Notes: a model not told the origin generated them from the sequence alone. Shown: positions 48,531-57,334, numbered from the stretch's first letter. The stretch is 64,000 nt of DNA from Candidatus Komeilibacteria bacterium (GCA_043801745.1 JAZDLR010000016.1:1535-65534); one strand, 5' to 3'. Program-made: numbers and translations.

Positions 48531-51362
48531 ATGCCCATTTCTCCGCTTCGCCCAGCCTTTCAAACCAAACCCCTAGGATCCACTAATTTCCCTCGGTCTC
48601 CCCGACACCACCGAGGTGGTTTTTGGCGTATCTTTTGGCAACGTATTATACCAATAATTATTCTCTTAACTCTAGTTGGTGGAATTTTTGTGGTTGGTGC
48701 TTTTGTTTGGTATTCGCATGATTTACCAGACCCCAATAAACTAATTGACCGTAGCGTAGCCCAGAGCACAAAAATTTATGATCGCACTGGAGAGCATTTG
48801 CTTTATGAAATCCATGGCACTCAAAGGCGCACCCTAGTTAATCTTGATCAGATTCCTAAATATGCGGTTGAGGCAACTATTGCCATTGAGGACAAAACCT
48901 TTTATGAACACCGGGGCTACAATGTGGCGCGTATTATCAAATCATTATTAATAAATGTTTTAACTGGCCAAAAAGCTCAGGGCGGCTCTACGCTAACACA
49001 ACAATTGGTCAAGAACGCTATCTTAACCACCGAAAAGGCGTATTCCCGAAAAATTAAAGAGTTGGTGCTTTCTTACCGCATAGAACAAAAATTCACCAAG
49101 GATGAAATCTTAAAATTATACTTCAACGAAATCCCTTACGGTTCCACGGCCTATGGTATCGAATCGGCTAGTGGTATCTATTTTGGCAAGTCGGCTAAAG
49201 ATTTAACCCTGGCCGAAGCGGCCGTATTAGCCGCTCTACCTCAAGCTCCGAGCTTCTACTCTCCCTATGGCTCACATAAAGACCAGCTGCTAGAGCGTCA
49301 GCGTTTGGTTTTAAAATTAATGCGGGAGCAGGGATATATTACGGCTGATCAGGAGCGGGCCGCCGCTTCAGAACAGGTTGTTTTTAAAACTAAACGTGAA
49401 GATATTACTGCGCCACACTTTGTCTTTATAGTTAAGGCCGAGCTGGCAGAAAAATACGGCGACCGGATGGTGGAACAGGGTGGTTTAAAAATCACCACAA
49501 CCCTTGATTGGGAGAAACAACAATTAGCCGATGAAACCGTGCAGCAAATTGGCTCTCAGCTGCAAACCAAGTATGGAGCCAACAATGCCAGCTTAGTAAC
49601 AATCGATGTGGTCAGTGGTGATGTCTTGGCTTTGGTTGGATCACGGGATTACTTCGACGACTCTATTGATGGCCAAGTTAACGTAGCGATCCAACCGCGT
49701 CAACCAGGAAGCTCACTCAAGCCTTTTGTTTACGCTCAATTATTTACCAAGGGATTTGGCCCGTCTTCATTACTATTTGACCTAGTAACCTCTTTTGGTT
49801 CTAATGGTGCTGGCGGCGAATACAAACCCCATAATTACGACGGTAAAGAGTATGGTCCGGTTTCTATCCGCCAAGCTTTAGCTGGTTCTCTTAACATTCC
49901 AGCTGTTAAAGCTCTTTACTTGGCTGACCCAGTTAAAGTAATCGAACTGTTAAAAAACTTTGGTTACACCAGCTTTACCGACGCTTCCCGCTATGGCCTG
50001 TCCTTGGTTTTGGGCGGCGGAGAAGTGGAGCTGATAGAGCATACCAATGGCTACGCTGCCCTGGCGCGCGAAGGGGTCTATCAAAAATATTATGATGTTT
50101 TAAAAGTTGAAGATTCAACCGGTCGGGTGTTAGAAGAGAAAGAACAACCCGAACAAAAAAGAATTCTGGAAGCGCAAGTCGTCCGCGAAATTACCAACAT
50201 TCTGTCTGACAATGATGCCCGCGCCTATATTTTTGGTGTGAATAACAATTTAACCCTTGGCGGACGTCCAGTAGCAGCTAAATCCGGAACTACCAACGAC
50301 TATAAAGACTCTTGGCTTATGGGCTATACGCCGCAGTTAGTCACCGGTGTCTGGGTGGGTAATAATAATAATAAGCCCATGAACCAGGCTACTGGTGCCA
50401 ACGCTGCCGGTCCTATCTGGCAAAGCTACATGGCTAAAATTCTAGCCGCTTATCCGGCTGTCGGCTTCACGGCTCCTGAAACAACCGTTTGCGATAAAAT
50501 AATGATTTGCGGCCAATTGGCGCGCGAAGTAACGATTCCTGTTGACCGCGTAACTGGGCAACCGGCCACAGCGGCCACTCCACCGGAAAACATCGAACAG
50601 CGTACCGTTAAAGAGGTTCATGATATCTTACAATACGCAGACAAAAATGATCCGCTCAACCCCTCATATCCGGCCCATCCAGAACAAGATCCTCAGTATG
50701 AAAACTGGGAGGCGCCGGTGCGTAAGTGGGCCCAAACTAATGGTTACGTTAGTAGTCTGCCCAACCAGGGAGTTAATGACCGAATTAAAATCAGTTGGGT
50801 AGAGCCCAGTAATAATGACCAGCTCTCGGGACAGTCAATTCATTTGGCTGTAGGCGCCGACGCTCCTGATGGAATAAGCCGCGCGGATTATTATTTGAAT
50901 AATCAATTTTTAGGCAGCTCATCCAAGCCGCCGTTTGATATTACAGTTAGTCAACAAGCTTCTTGGCCTTCCGGCACTCAATCGTTACGCGCTATTGTCT
51001 ATGATTCTATCGGGGCCAGTAACTCTGCTTCTTTAACGGTTAATATTAGCCAGATGATTATTACTGCGCCAAAAATACAATGGACCAGTCCGCAAAATTA
51101 TACAGTCTATACCACTGAAACTTGGCCCAAGACCATTTCCGCCACACTGGATTCAATCAGCACAGTGGCCAAAATAGATTTCTACTACGTCTTTGGTGAC
51201 CAGACTAATTTTGCCGGCGTTATTGACAAACCCACCTCACCAGTAATTAGTATTCCGTTAAAACAGAATGGCCCCAAGGGAAACTATAAATTCTATTTAA
51301 TTACTACTGACAGCGCTGGCGGAGTACATACCAGCGACAGTATTTCGGCTACTCTTCAATAA
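48531..51362 (+). CDS. class A penicillin-binding protein (transglycosylase/transpeptidase, PBP1A-like)
   Basis: GT51 motifs (EDKTFYEHRG, GGSTLTQQL), transpeptidase SxxK/SxN/SGTT; start at ATG 48531, 9 nt after a TATAAT box (track ORF starts 48489). Confidence 0.85.
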   Translation: MPISPLRPAFQTKPLGSTNFPRSPRHHRGGFWRIFWQRIIPIIILLTLVGGIFVVGAFVWYSHDLPDPNKLIDRSVAQSTKIYDRTGEHLLYEIHGTQRRTLVNLDQIPKYAVEATIAIEDKTFYEHRGYNVARIIKSLLINVLTGQKAQGGSTLTQQLVKNAILTTEKAYSRKIKELVLSYRIEQKFTKDEILKLYFNEIPYGSTAYGIESASGIYFGKSAKDLTLAEAAVLAALPQAPSFYSPYGSHKDQLLERQRLVLKLMREQGYITADQERAAASEQVVFKTKREDITAPHFVFIVKAELAEKYGDRMVEQGGLKITTTLDWEKQQLADETVQQIGSQLQTKYGANNASLVTIDVVSGDVLALVGSRDYFDDSIDGQVNVAIQPRQPGSSLKPFVYAQLFTKGFGPSSLLFDLVTSFGSNGAGGEYKPHNYDGKEYGPVSIRQALAGSLNIPAVKALYLADPVKVIELLKNFGYTSFTDASRYGLSLVLGGGEVELIEHTNGYAALAREGVYQKYYDVLKVEDSTGRVLEEKEQPEQKRILEAQVVREITNILSDNDARAYIFGVNNNLTLGGRPVAAKSGTTNDYKDSWLMGYTPQLVTGVWVGNNNNKPMNQATGANAAGPIWQSYMAKILAAYPAVGFTAPETTVCDKIMICGQLAREVTIPVDRVTGQPATAATPPENIEQRTVKEVHDILQYADKNDPLNPSYPAHPEQDPQYENWEAPVRKWAQTNGYVSSLPNQGVNDRIKISWVEPSNNDQLSGQSIHLAVGADAPDGISRADYYLNNQFLGSSSKPPFDITVSQQASWPSGTQSLRAIVYDSIGASNSASLTVNISQMIITAPKIQWTSPQNYTVYTTETWPKTISATLDSISTVAKIDFYYVFGDQTNFAGVIDKPTSPVISIPLKQNGPKGNYKFYLITTDSAGGVHTSDSISATLQ

Positions 51363-51384
51363 ATTATTACCTGGAAAAGAAAAA

Positions 51385-51545
51385 GCCCCCGCGAGTAATT
51401 GCGAGGGCCAGGTTGGTGGAACCGGCCGGATTTGCCGCGCCCCGCTGCCTAGCGTCAGCTATGGCGGCCGGGGAACCGACGATCTCCCTGGGGTCAACCA
51501 GAGCGCCTTAAACACTTGGCCACGGTTCCGATATCACGGAAATAA
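51385..51545 (-). other. GC-rich segment co-transcribed downstream of tRNAs, ending in an intrinsic terminator (candidate small ncRNA or processed trailer)
   Basis: Minus-strand terminator CCCUCGC-AAUUACU-CGCGGGGG plus U5 near 51385-51410; about 60% GC, no convincing ORF. Confidence 0.3.
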
Positions 51546-51547
51546 GT

Positions 51548-51652
51548 TGGAGCGGGTGATGGGATTCGAACCCACGACGTCTTCCCGAGGTAAGAGGCAG
51601 ATCACACATACCCCGCCAGAAGAAAGCGCCCTACCTCTGGGCCACACCCGCT
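51548..51652 (-). tRNA. tRNA with ~29-nt insertion in anticodon loop (anticodon CUG/Gln-like if insertion removed at 37/38)
   Basis: Acceptor GCGGGTG/CACCCGC, D-arm GCCC-AGAGGTA-GGGC, T-arm GTGGG-TTCGAAT-CCCAT, CCA encoded; anticodon stem CTTTC/GGAAG interrupted by hairpin GGGGTA...TACCTC. Confidence 0.5.
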
Positions 51653-51666
51653 CTAAAAGAACGAAT

Positions 51667-51743
51667 TGGAGTAGCCAACCGGACTCGAACCGGCAACCTC
51701 CTCACCGAAGGGGTGAGCCGCTCTACCTTTGAGCTATGGCAAC
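51667..51743 (-). tRNA. tRNA-like gene with atypical anticodon loop (CCCUUCG; anticodon unresolved, CUU/UUC-like)
   Basis: Acceptor GTTGCCA/TGGCTAC (one mismatch), D-arm GCTC-AAAGGTA-GAGC, anticodon stem CTCAC/GTGAG, T-arm GCCGG-TTCGAGT-CCGGT, CCA encoded. Confidence 0.45.
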
Positions 51744-51754
51744 ATCTTGTCTTG

Positions 51755-51784
51755 CCGCCCACCGGGCGGTCGCCCTGTGGGCGA
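51755..51784. repeat. double-hairpin repeat element, copy B (CCGCCC-ACC-GGGCGG / TCGCCC-TGT-GGGCGA)
   Basis: Same stems as 38817-38848; sits inside a 40-bp segment flanked by 13-bp direct repeats (51732-51744 and 51785-51797, agctatggcaaca). Confidence 0.7.
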
Positions 51785-52029
51785 AGCTATGGCAACAAAA
51801 AATATCTCTGAAGCCTACCCGCCTATGGTGGGCAGCGACACGAATATAGATATTAATACAACTCAAAATCAGTGTCAATTACTATTACTTGACATTATCT
51901 TAATAATATGATAAAAAATAATGTTCTTTGAAATCATGGGCCTGTTATGGCCTTGTATATATAGAACTCCATACGGAGGTTGCCGACAACGCGTCGGCAT
52001 AGACACAAAACCGCCATGAACCGAGGAGG

Positions 52030-52428
52030 ATGAGTATCGTGGCTAGCAAAACCCTGTATGGAAAGGTGGGGGTGACGCGGCCTAACGAGCCAACACTAAT
52101 AGTGACCACCTTTCGCCTTCACATTGGTGAGGTAGTGAAAAGGCTAGGTCTCTACCCCTCTCCTAACGGGAACGAGTATGTCGTCGACCAACTGCGCGAT
52201 GGCTTGGAGATTAGGATGCCTTCGTCGGCTATTCTTTTTCTCTGCACCATACCAACTCCCTGCGTTATCTATGAGCGTGAGATTTATCTAGGAAAGGATC
52301 ACGGGGAGTCGGGCCCATTCCTCTTGAAAGAGGGCGCACGTTTCATGCGAGGCAACACGAACGACCTCTTCGTGGAAGCTCTTTCATCCTTTTTGCAAGC
52401 TACCACCCCGGACATCAATAACGCTTAG
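52030..52428 (+). CDS. hypothetical protein (high-GC island ORF1; GTG start)
   Basis: GAGGAGG RBS 7 nt upstream; GC about 58-60%. Confidence 0.5.
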   Translation: MSIVASKTLYGKVGVTRPNEPTLIVTTFRLHIGEVVKRLGLYPSPNGNEYVVDQLRDGLEIRMPSSAILFLCTIPTPCVIYEREIYLGKDHGESGPFLLKEGARFMRGNTNDLFVEALSSFLQATTPDINNA

Positions 52429-52477
52429 CGGGCCGAAACCTACCCACCCAAACACAGACATACGACTGGAGGATCTT

Positions 52478-52717
52478 ATGATTTTCGTAGAATTCACCCC
52501 CAAAGAGACTTCTCCCATGAGGCGCAAATACTTTTTCGTCGGCGCCAGTTTGGAGGACGTCCTCGCGGACACAAGCGGTGGTACGGAATTTGGATTCGTC
52601 ACCTTCGCCTCTCACCGCGAGATTTCCGAGGAAGAAGCTCGCAGCCTGAAGCTGGGCTACCTGGACAAGGGCATTCAGGCCGTGAAGAACGGCTGCAAGA
52701 GCTACATGCTGGACTAG
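52478..52717 (+). CDS. hypothetical protein (high-GC island ORF2)
   Basis: GGAGGA RBS; 79 aa acidic protein. Confidence 0.45.
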   Translation: MIFVEFTPKETSPMRRKYFFVGASLEDVLADTSGGTEFGFVTFASHREISEEEARSLKLGYLDKGIQAVKNGCKSYMLD

Positions 52718-52778
52718 GCTTTTAGCGCGCAGACAACTGCGCACACGATCACTAGACCCCCACAGGAGGTAGCAACAC

Positions 52779-53438
52779 ATGAAACGGATCATTCTGATCG
52801 CTCTGCTTGCCTGTCTGTTCGTGATCCCGACGTTCACCACCGTCTGCCTGGCTGCAGATCAGCCGGCAGTCAACACCACCTCCACCGGCCTCACCCCCGA
52901 GGACATCGCGCAGCTGCAGAAGAACGTGACGGCGTTTGCGAAGGTCCTGGGTTTGGCTGACACCACCACCGCCAAGTCCGGGACTCGGCTGTCAATGGCC
53001 GATGTGGCTGACAAGTTCCTGGAGTACTCCAAGGCGGCCATTCTGGCGACTGTCGGTACCATCGAGAAGGTTGCTCCACATGTTTGGGCTGTGTTGGTAC
53101 GACAGCAATACGCCAAAGCTTTCTCTTCGTTGGCAGCCCCAGTCTTCATCTTCATCTTCCTGTTGCTCTTTCGACTGTGGGTCGTGAGGAAGAGGAAGAG
53201 CGTCACTGCGACAGAAAACGACGTACTCGTTGTAGTGAACGGCAACCTCGATCCAGTCGAGATCAAACTGACCGGTTTGGGTCAGTGGGCCAACGTCCTG
53301 GCGCTTCTTGGAATGGTCACTGCAGCCCTGTTCGTGGCAGCACGGATTGCGCCGGCAGTCAGACTCCTGGTCAACCCCGAGTACTATGCGCTCCGCGACC
53401 TCATTCTCCTGCTCCTGAACAAGGGCCAGGGGATGTAG
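52779..53438 (+). CDS. hypothetical membrane/secreted protein (high-GC island ORF3)
   Basis: GGAGG RBS; signal peptide then Thr-rich region and two TM helices. Confidence 0.5.
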   Translation: MKRIILIALLACLFVIPTFTTVCLAADQPAVNTTSTGLTPEDIAQLQKNVTAFAKVLGLADTTTAKSGTRLSMADVADKFLEYSKAAILATVGTIEKVAPHVWAVLVRQQYAKAFSSLAAPVFIFIFLLLFRLWVVRKRKSVTATENDVLVVVNGNLDPVEIKLTGLGQWANVLALLGMVTAALFVAARIAPAVRLLVNPEYYALRDLILLLLNKGQGM

Positions 53439-53468
53439 GTCCTCAACATCCACCACGGACAACAACAA

Positions 53469-53502
53469 ACGCCGGTCGCGCTCTGCGGCCGGCGTCTATT
53501 TT
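53469..53502 (+). terminator. intrinsic terminator closing the high-GC cassette (ACGCCGG ... CCGGCGU plus U-run)
   Basis: GC-rich stem followed by TCTATTTT. Confidence 0.6.
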
Positions 53503-53526
53503 ATACTTTAATATCCTACCCAACTA

Positions 53527-54810
53527 CTAATACATTATCCTGGGCGGATAGATATTTATTCCTGATTTAAACAGAACCAAATAGAAAATCAGGAAAACCA
53601 AATACCAGATAAGTTCCGCCACAATGATCGCCAGGAATGATTTCCAGCCGTGCTTTATGGCCACAATAATGGCCAGCCCAAAAACAAAGAAGACATAAAG
53701 CAGGATAACAATAATAAAAGCAATAATACTAAACGCCGTATCACTACTTAAGGAGTAAAAGAAGTTCTGCTTGGTTAGATATTGAAACCCATAGGTGATT
53801 ATAACTACCGCCAAAGCCGATATAAAACCTAAAACTGCGTGCAAGGGATCAACAATACTTAGCGTTTCATTTTTCGACGGCGTTGCTTCAGTTGAAGTTG
53901 AGGCGTTCTTTCTTTTTTTTGATCTACGTGTCAAGAAAAATAACAACAGAAAGATGACAATTATAATACCAATAGTCCAAAGAATGCCGGACAGATAAAG
54001 CCGAAACCAATTGGTAGAATATTCTCCCTTTACAACAAACGATTCATTGGCAGCCAAGTTCTTCGCCTGTTTCATTAGGGCACCATAGGAGCCGATCTGA
54101 CTTACACTGCGGTCTAGTTCGGCGCTGGGAAGTCCGGCTAATTTAGCCGGGGAGGCGGTATCAGAGTTTGATACGGTGCCATAATTGACGTTAGCTTGTT
54201 TTCCTTTGAGCAACAGGTCACTATCAACATCAACACTGACATTTATTGTTTCGATTCTGGCTGGAACTTTAATGGTTTCAAATCTGAATTTCTGTAGTCC
54301 TAAAAAATTTGTCACATAGCCCTTAGCAGCATAAGCAATAACTAGGGCACCGGATTTAGACGGAGCAATTGGGGTGGGGAAAGTTAATTTATAGCTATTT
54401 CCTTCTTTGGTGTATTTTACCTTTTGATAACTACTGGCCTGACTACCACCCTTATAGGCAACATCATAACCAACTCCGGCCGAGTATGCGGCATAATTGG
54501 GATCACCATACTCCAGGCAAGGTTGTGTTGGATTGTTGTAATCCGCCCGCAGACAAGGCCGAGGAAGTTGCTGCTGAATAATAACCATTTCTGACGGGGT
54601 CACACCCGGTATCTCAAAACTAAAATCAGTCATCGGTGTGTCTTGAGAATTGGTAATAGCAATCTTGGCGTAAACAATCGCCTCGCCATTGCCGCGAAAA
54701 ACCACACTATAATAATGACTTTGTCCAAAAAGAAGCTCCGACTGTGCCGACGCTCCGAAAGAAAATAGGATCAATAATAAAGGTATAATTTCTCTGATGA
54801 TTTTTTTCAT
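53527..54810 (-). CDS. hypothetical exported protein with C-terminal multi-TM region
   Basis: Signal peptide; large beta-rich ectodomain; Lys-rich stop-transfer then 3 TM helices. Confidence 0.45.
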   Translation of the reverse strand: MKKIIREIIPLLLILFSFGASAQSELLFGQSHYYSVVFRGNGEAIVYAKIAITNSQDTPMTDFSFEIPGVTPSEMVIIQQQLPRPCLRADYNNPTQPCLEYGDPNYAAYSAGVGYDVAYKGGSQASSYQKVKYTKEGNSYKLTFPTPIAPSKSGALVIAYAAKGYVTNFLGLQKFRFETIKVPARIETINVSVDVDSDLLLKGKQANVNYGTVSNSDTASPAKLAGLPSAELDRSVSQIGSYGALMKQAKNLAANESFVVKGEYSTNWFRLYLSGILWTIGIIIVIFLLLFFLTRRSKKRKNASTSTEATPSKNETLSIVDPLHAVLGFISALAVVIITYGFQYLTKQNFFYSLSSDTAFSIIAFIIVILLYVFFVFGLAIIVAIKHGWKSFLAIIVAELIWYLVFLIFYLVLFKSGINIYPPRIMY

Positions 54811-54884
54811 ATTTTTATAGATTAATGACTAGGTATAGTATAGCAATTCTGAAGATTTTAGTCCCGATCTATCAGAAGAACCCC

Positions 54885-55148
54885 CTATTCAAATTCAATA
54901 ATGTACATTCCTTTTTGTTCCAGCTCCTCTACTGTCCAGTACTTAGTCGGACTATTGTGCTTGGTTACTCCTTTAACAGTCCTAATATATTCCCGTCCGG
55001 TATATTCTTTGGTCTTTGGGTCCCATTCTCTAAACCTAATTTGGTCTCCTTCTTCTAGATCAAAATCGGCCAGCCGAAAATCAACTGGCGACTTCTGATC
55101 TTTATCAAACATCTCTGGCCAAATTTTTTTATCGATAGTTCTCATCAA
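54885..55148 (-). CDS. small ASCH/DUF3850-like protein
   Basis: 87-aa protein with DQIRFREWD ... EYTGREYIRTVKGV pattern typical of DUF3850-like ASCH-fold proteins. Confidence 0.35.
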   Translation of the reverse strand: MMRTIDKKIWPEMFDKDQKSPVDFRLADFDLEEGDQIRFREWDPKTKEYTGREYIRTVKGVTKHNSPTKYWTVEELEQKGMYIIEFE

Positions 55149-55166
55149 AATTAAGCTTGGCCCGTC

Positions 55167-56906
55167 TTACATCTCAAAATAAGATTCCTTAATACCTTGG
55201 GTCATGTCCAGTCCCAGTTTCTGAATAACCGACCTCACCTTATCTTCGTTGGCCCCTTTGTTGGTGGATCTAATTTCAACAAAGCTACCCAAATCAACTT
55301 CTTGACCATCTTCGTTTTTGGACACCCTGTCAGCAGATAATGTAACTCCGTCAAGCTGATATAGTGTTCTCTCCTTGGTAATCGTTTTTTTCTTACTGCC
55401 ATAAATATCCAAAAAGGCTGCTTCTGTTTCGGCGTCAATAGCAAATTCAAATTTGGGCCGCTCTCTAAATTCTGACTCTACTTTAGGTCCTTTATAGGTT
55501 AACATAATCTCCTCTCCCTCTTGCCTAATTCTTAAAATTTCCCCGGTCTTCATTAAATCTCGATCTTTGGGATTATAATAATTATCCACTTGCCTGGTGG
55601 TGCCGAGTTTTTCGCCGCCCAATCTTCTTATTTTATCTTGATCCAAATTACTCTTAAATTTAAGTTGCACTTCGTGTAAACCGGAGCGCTCCGCCTCTAC
55701 TTCAGGGTTGTATTCATTATTAATTATTAAGTCAGCATTTTTTCTGGTGCTTTCTATATATTTGTCATGCATCGGTTCGACAACTTGGGAAAAATATTTA
55801 AGAATATCCGCTGGTTTCTGTCCGGTTCTCTCAACGTCTCTCAATAAACGCCTGACAATCCGTCCGTGAGTGCCGATATCAATGAAGGCTTTAACGTCGC
55901 CAACGTCTTTTACTGTGTCATCTAAAACAAACAGGCCTTCAGCAATAATTATTTTCTTAGGCTTAACGGTTTCTGTGCCGGTTACTTCAGCCGTTTTAAA
56001 ATCGTAGCTTGGTTTGGCAATTTCTTGGCCGCGTTTAAGTTGTTCCAGATGTTCGCGAAACAACGGTAGATTGATAGCCTCTGGTTGGTCCCAGTTTAAT
56101 ACGTTTCCTTTCTTGGCCTCAGCTATCATAAATGGCTTACCGCGGTAATAATCATCAGCGGAAAGTATCATGGCCTCTTCACCGAAAATTCTTTTTATGG
56201 TATCAGCTATGGCGCTGGTTTTACCCGAAGCTGATCCACCAGCTATTTCAACAACTACATTTCCCTCGCTTTGGGCCTCCCTCTCCTTAATAAGCTCAAC
56301 CAGTCTGACCAGGCCCTCTTCTTTGTTAAATTCAGGAATCTCCAACCTTTCTTTGGCTGGTCCCTGGGTCTGGTCCTTAATTTTTGGTCTTCCCTGAACG
56401 GCCAAGTTTTGGTTCTTATATCTTTTGTCATTAGAAACATCTGAACCAAGCCAATCGGGCGGAACAAACTTATCACACTCTTCTAGGGTAGCGAACTCTT
56501 TTTCAACCGTTATTAGTCCGGTAAGATCTCCGCCGTAAATATCCAATTCTAAAACTCCCCCCTCGTGAGGTATATAATAACGTGTTTTTATGATTCTCTT
56601 ACCTTCGGTCGCTGACCAGAAAGTCTCGAATTGTTCTTGATTAATTTCGGTTTCTGCCTCGTGTCTTGTTTTTCCGACGCCACTCTTTACTGTTTGAAAA
56701 TATTTCTCTCCTTTTTTCCTCAACCTAACCTCCGTACCATCTTCAGTTATAGCTAAATAGCCCTGAGCGATCTCCTCGTGGGGATATTGCTCCAAATTTT
56801 CTGGTAATTTCTTAATTAAAAATTTCCTCTCAATTTCTAGCGGTTGAGTTTCTTTCTCTTCCTTTCTATCGCCCGGTATTACGCCTTCAATTTTAGGATC
56901 ACTCAT
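55167..56906 (-). CDS. CYTH-domain / uridine-kinase-family (P-loop) fusion protein
   Basis: N-terminal CYTH signature EIERKFLI, central Walker A VVEIAGGSASGKTS with Udk/PRK-like fold cues, second CYTH-like region C-terminal. Confidence 0.55.
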   Translation of the reverse strand: MSDPKIEGVIPGDRKEEKETQPLEIERKFLIKKLPENLEQYPHEEIAQGYLAITEDGTEVRLRKKGEKYFQTVKSGVGKTRHEAETEINQEQFETFWSATEGKRIIKTRYYIPHEGGVLELDIYGGDLTGLITVEKEFATLEECDKFVPPDWLGSDVSNDKRYKNQNLAVQGRPKIKDQTQGPAKERLEIPEFNKEEGLVRLVELIKEREAQSEGNVVVEIAGGSASGKTSAIADTIKRIFGEEAMILSADDYYRGKPFMIAEAKKGNVLNWDQPEAINLPLFREHLEQLKRGQEIAKPSYDFKTAEVTGTETVKPKKIIIAEGLFVLDDTVKDVGDVKAFIDIGTHGRIVRRLLRDVERTGQKPADILKYFSQVVEPMHDKYIESTRKNADLIINNEYNPEVEAERSGLHEVQLKFKSNLDQDKIRRLGGEKLGTTRQVDNYYNPKDRDLMKTGEILRIRQEGEEIMLTYKGPKVESEFRERPKFEFAIDAETEAAFLDIYGSKKKTITKERTLYQLDGVTLSADRVSKNEDGQEVDLGSFVEIRSTNKGANEDKVRSVIQKLGLDMTQGIKESYFEM

Positions 56907-56939
56907 TTTATTTTATTATTTATTCTTATAATGACCGAG

Positions 56940-57290
56940 TTAACTCGTCTCTTTTTCTACCACCAATTTAAGTTTTTCGTTCACCTCTGTGTCTCGCGGC
57001 ATATTCCTGTTTTCAACCTCTAATTGACCCCAAACATTTATATTAATGGCATATATACCAGACCTTGGTCTTAACTCTCGCCTTTTTCCTAAACTCTCCC
57101 GACATACCTCCGGCGATAGACCCTCTCCTTGTGTGCTTAGGGCATCGTATAGCCTTATTCCTAGCTCTATTAATTCCTCTTTTTTACCGGAAATTACATA
57201 CGTAGCTCTACGGGCATCAAACTCAACAGTTAGCGGTTTAACTTCATTCAACTCTTGGCCCGGCCCAACACTATTATCCTCTGTTATCAT
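56940..57290 (-). CDS. hypothetical protein
   Basis: ORF only. Confidence 0.35.
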   Translation of the reverse strand: MITEDNSVGPGQELNEVKPLTVEFDARRATYVISGKKEELIELGIRLYDALSTQGEGLSPEVCRESLGKRRELRPRSGIYAININVWGQLEVENRNMPRDTEVNEKLKLVVEKETS

Positions 57291-57334
57291 GCAAATTTAT
57301 TAAACTATTATTATTACCCAAACACTCCGGCAAT

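Noticed and set aside
51547-51732. 61-aa plus-strand ORF (MERVMGFEPTTS...)
   Set aside because: It is antisense to two tRNA genes. MGFEPT is the classic antisense translation of a T-arm GGTTCGAATCC.
52415-53530. Multiple long minus-strand and alternative-frame ORFs inside the high-GC cassette (52415..52840, 52859..53266, 52992..53468, 52891..53079, 52936..53187, 53084..53530)
   Set aside because: They are typical stop-poor frames of high-GC DNA. The plus-strand ORFs each have a GGAGG-type RBS and plausible protein features.
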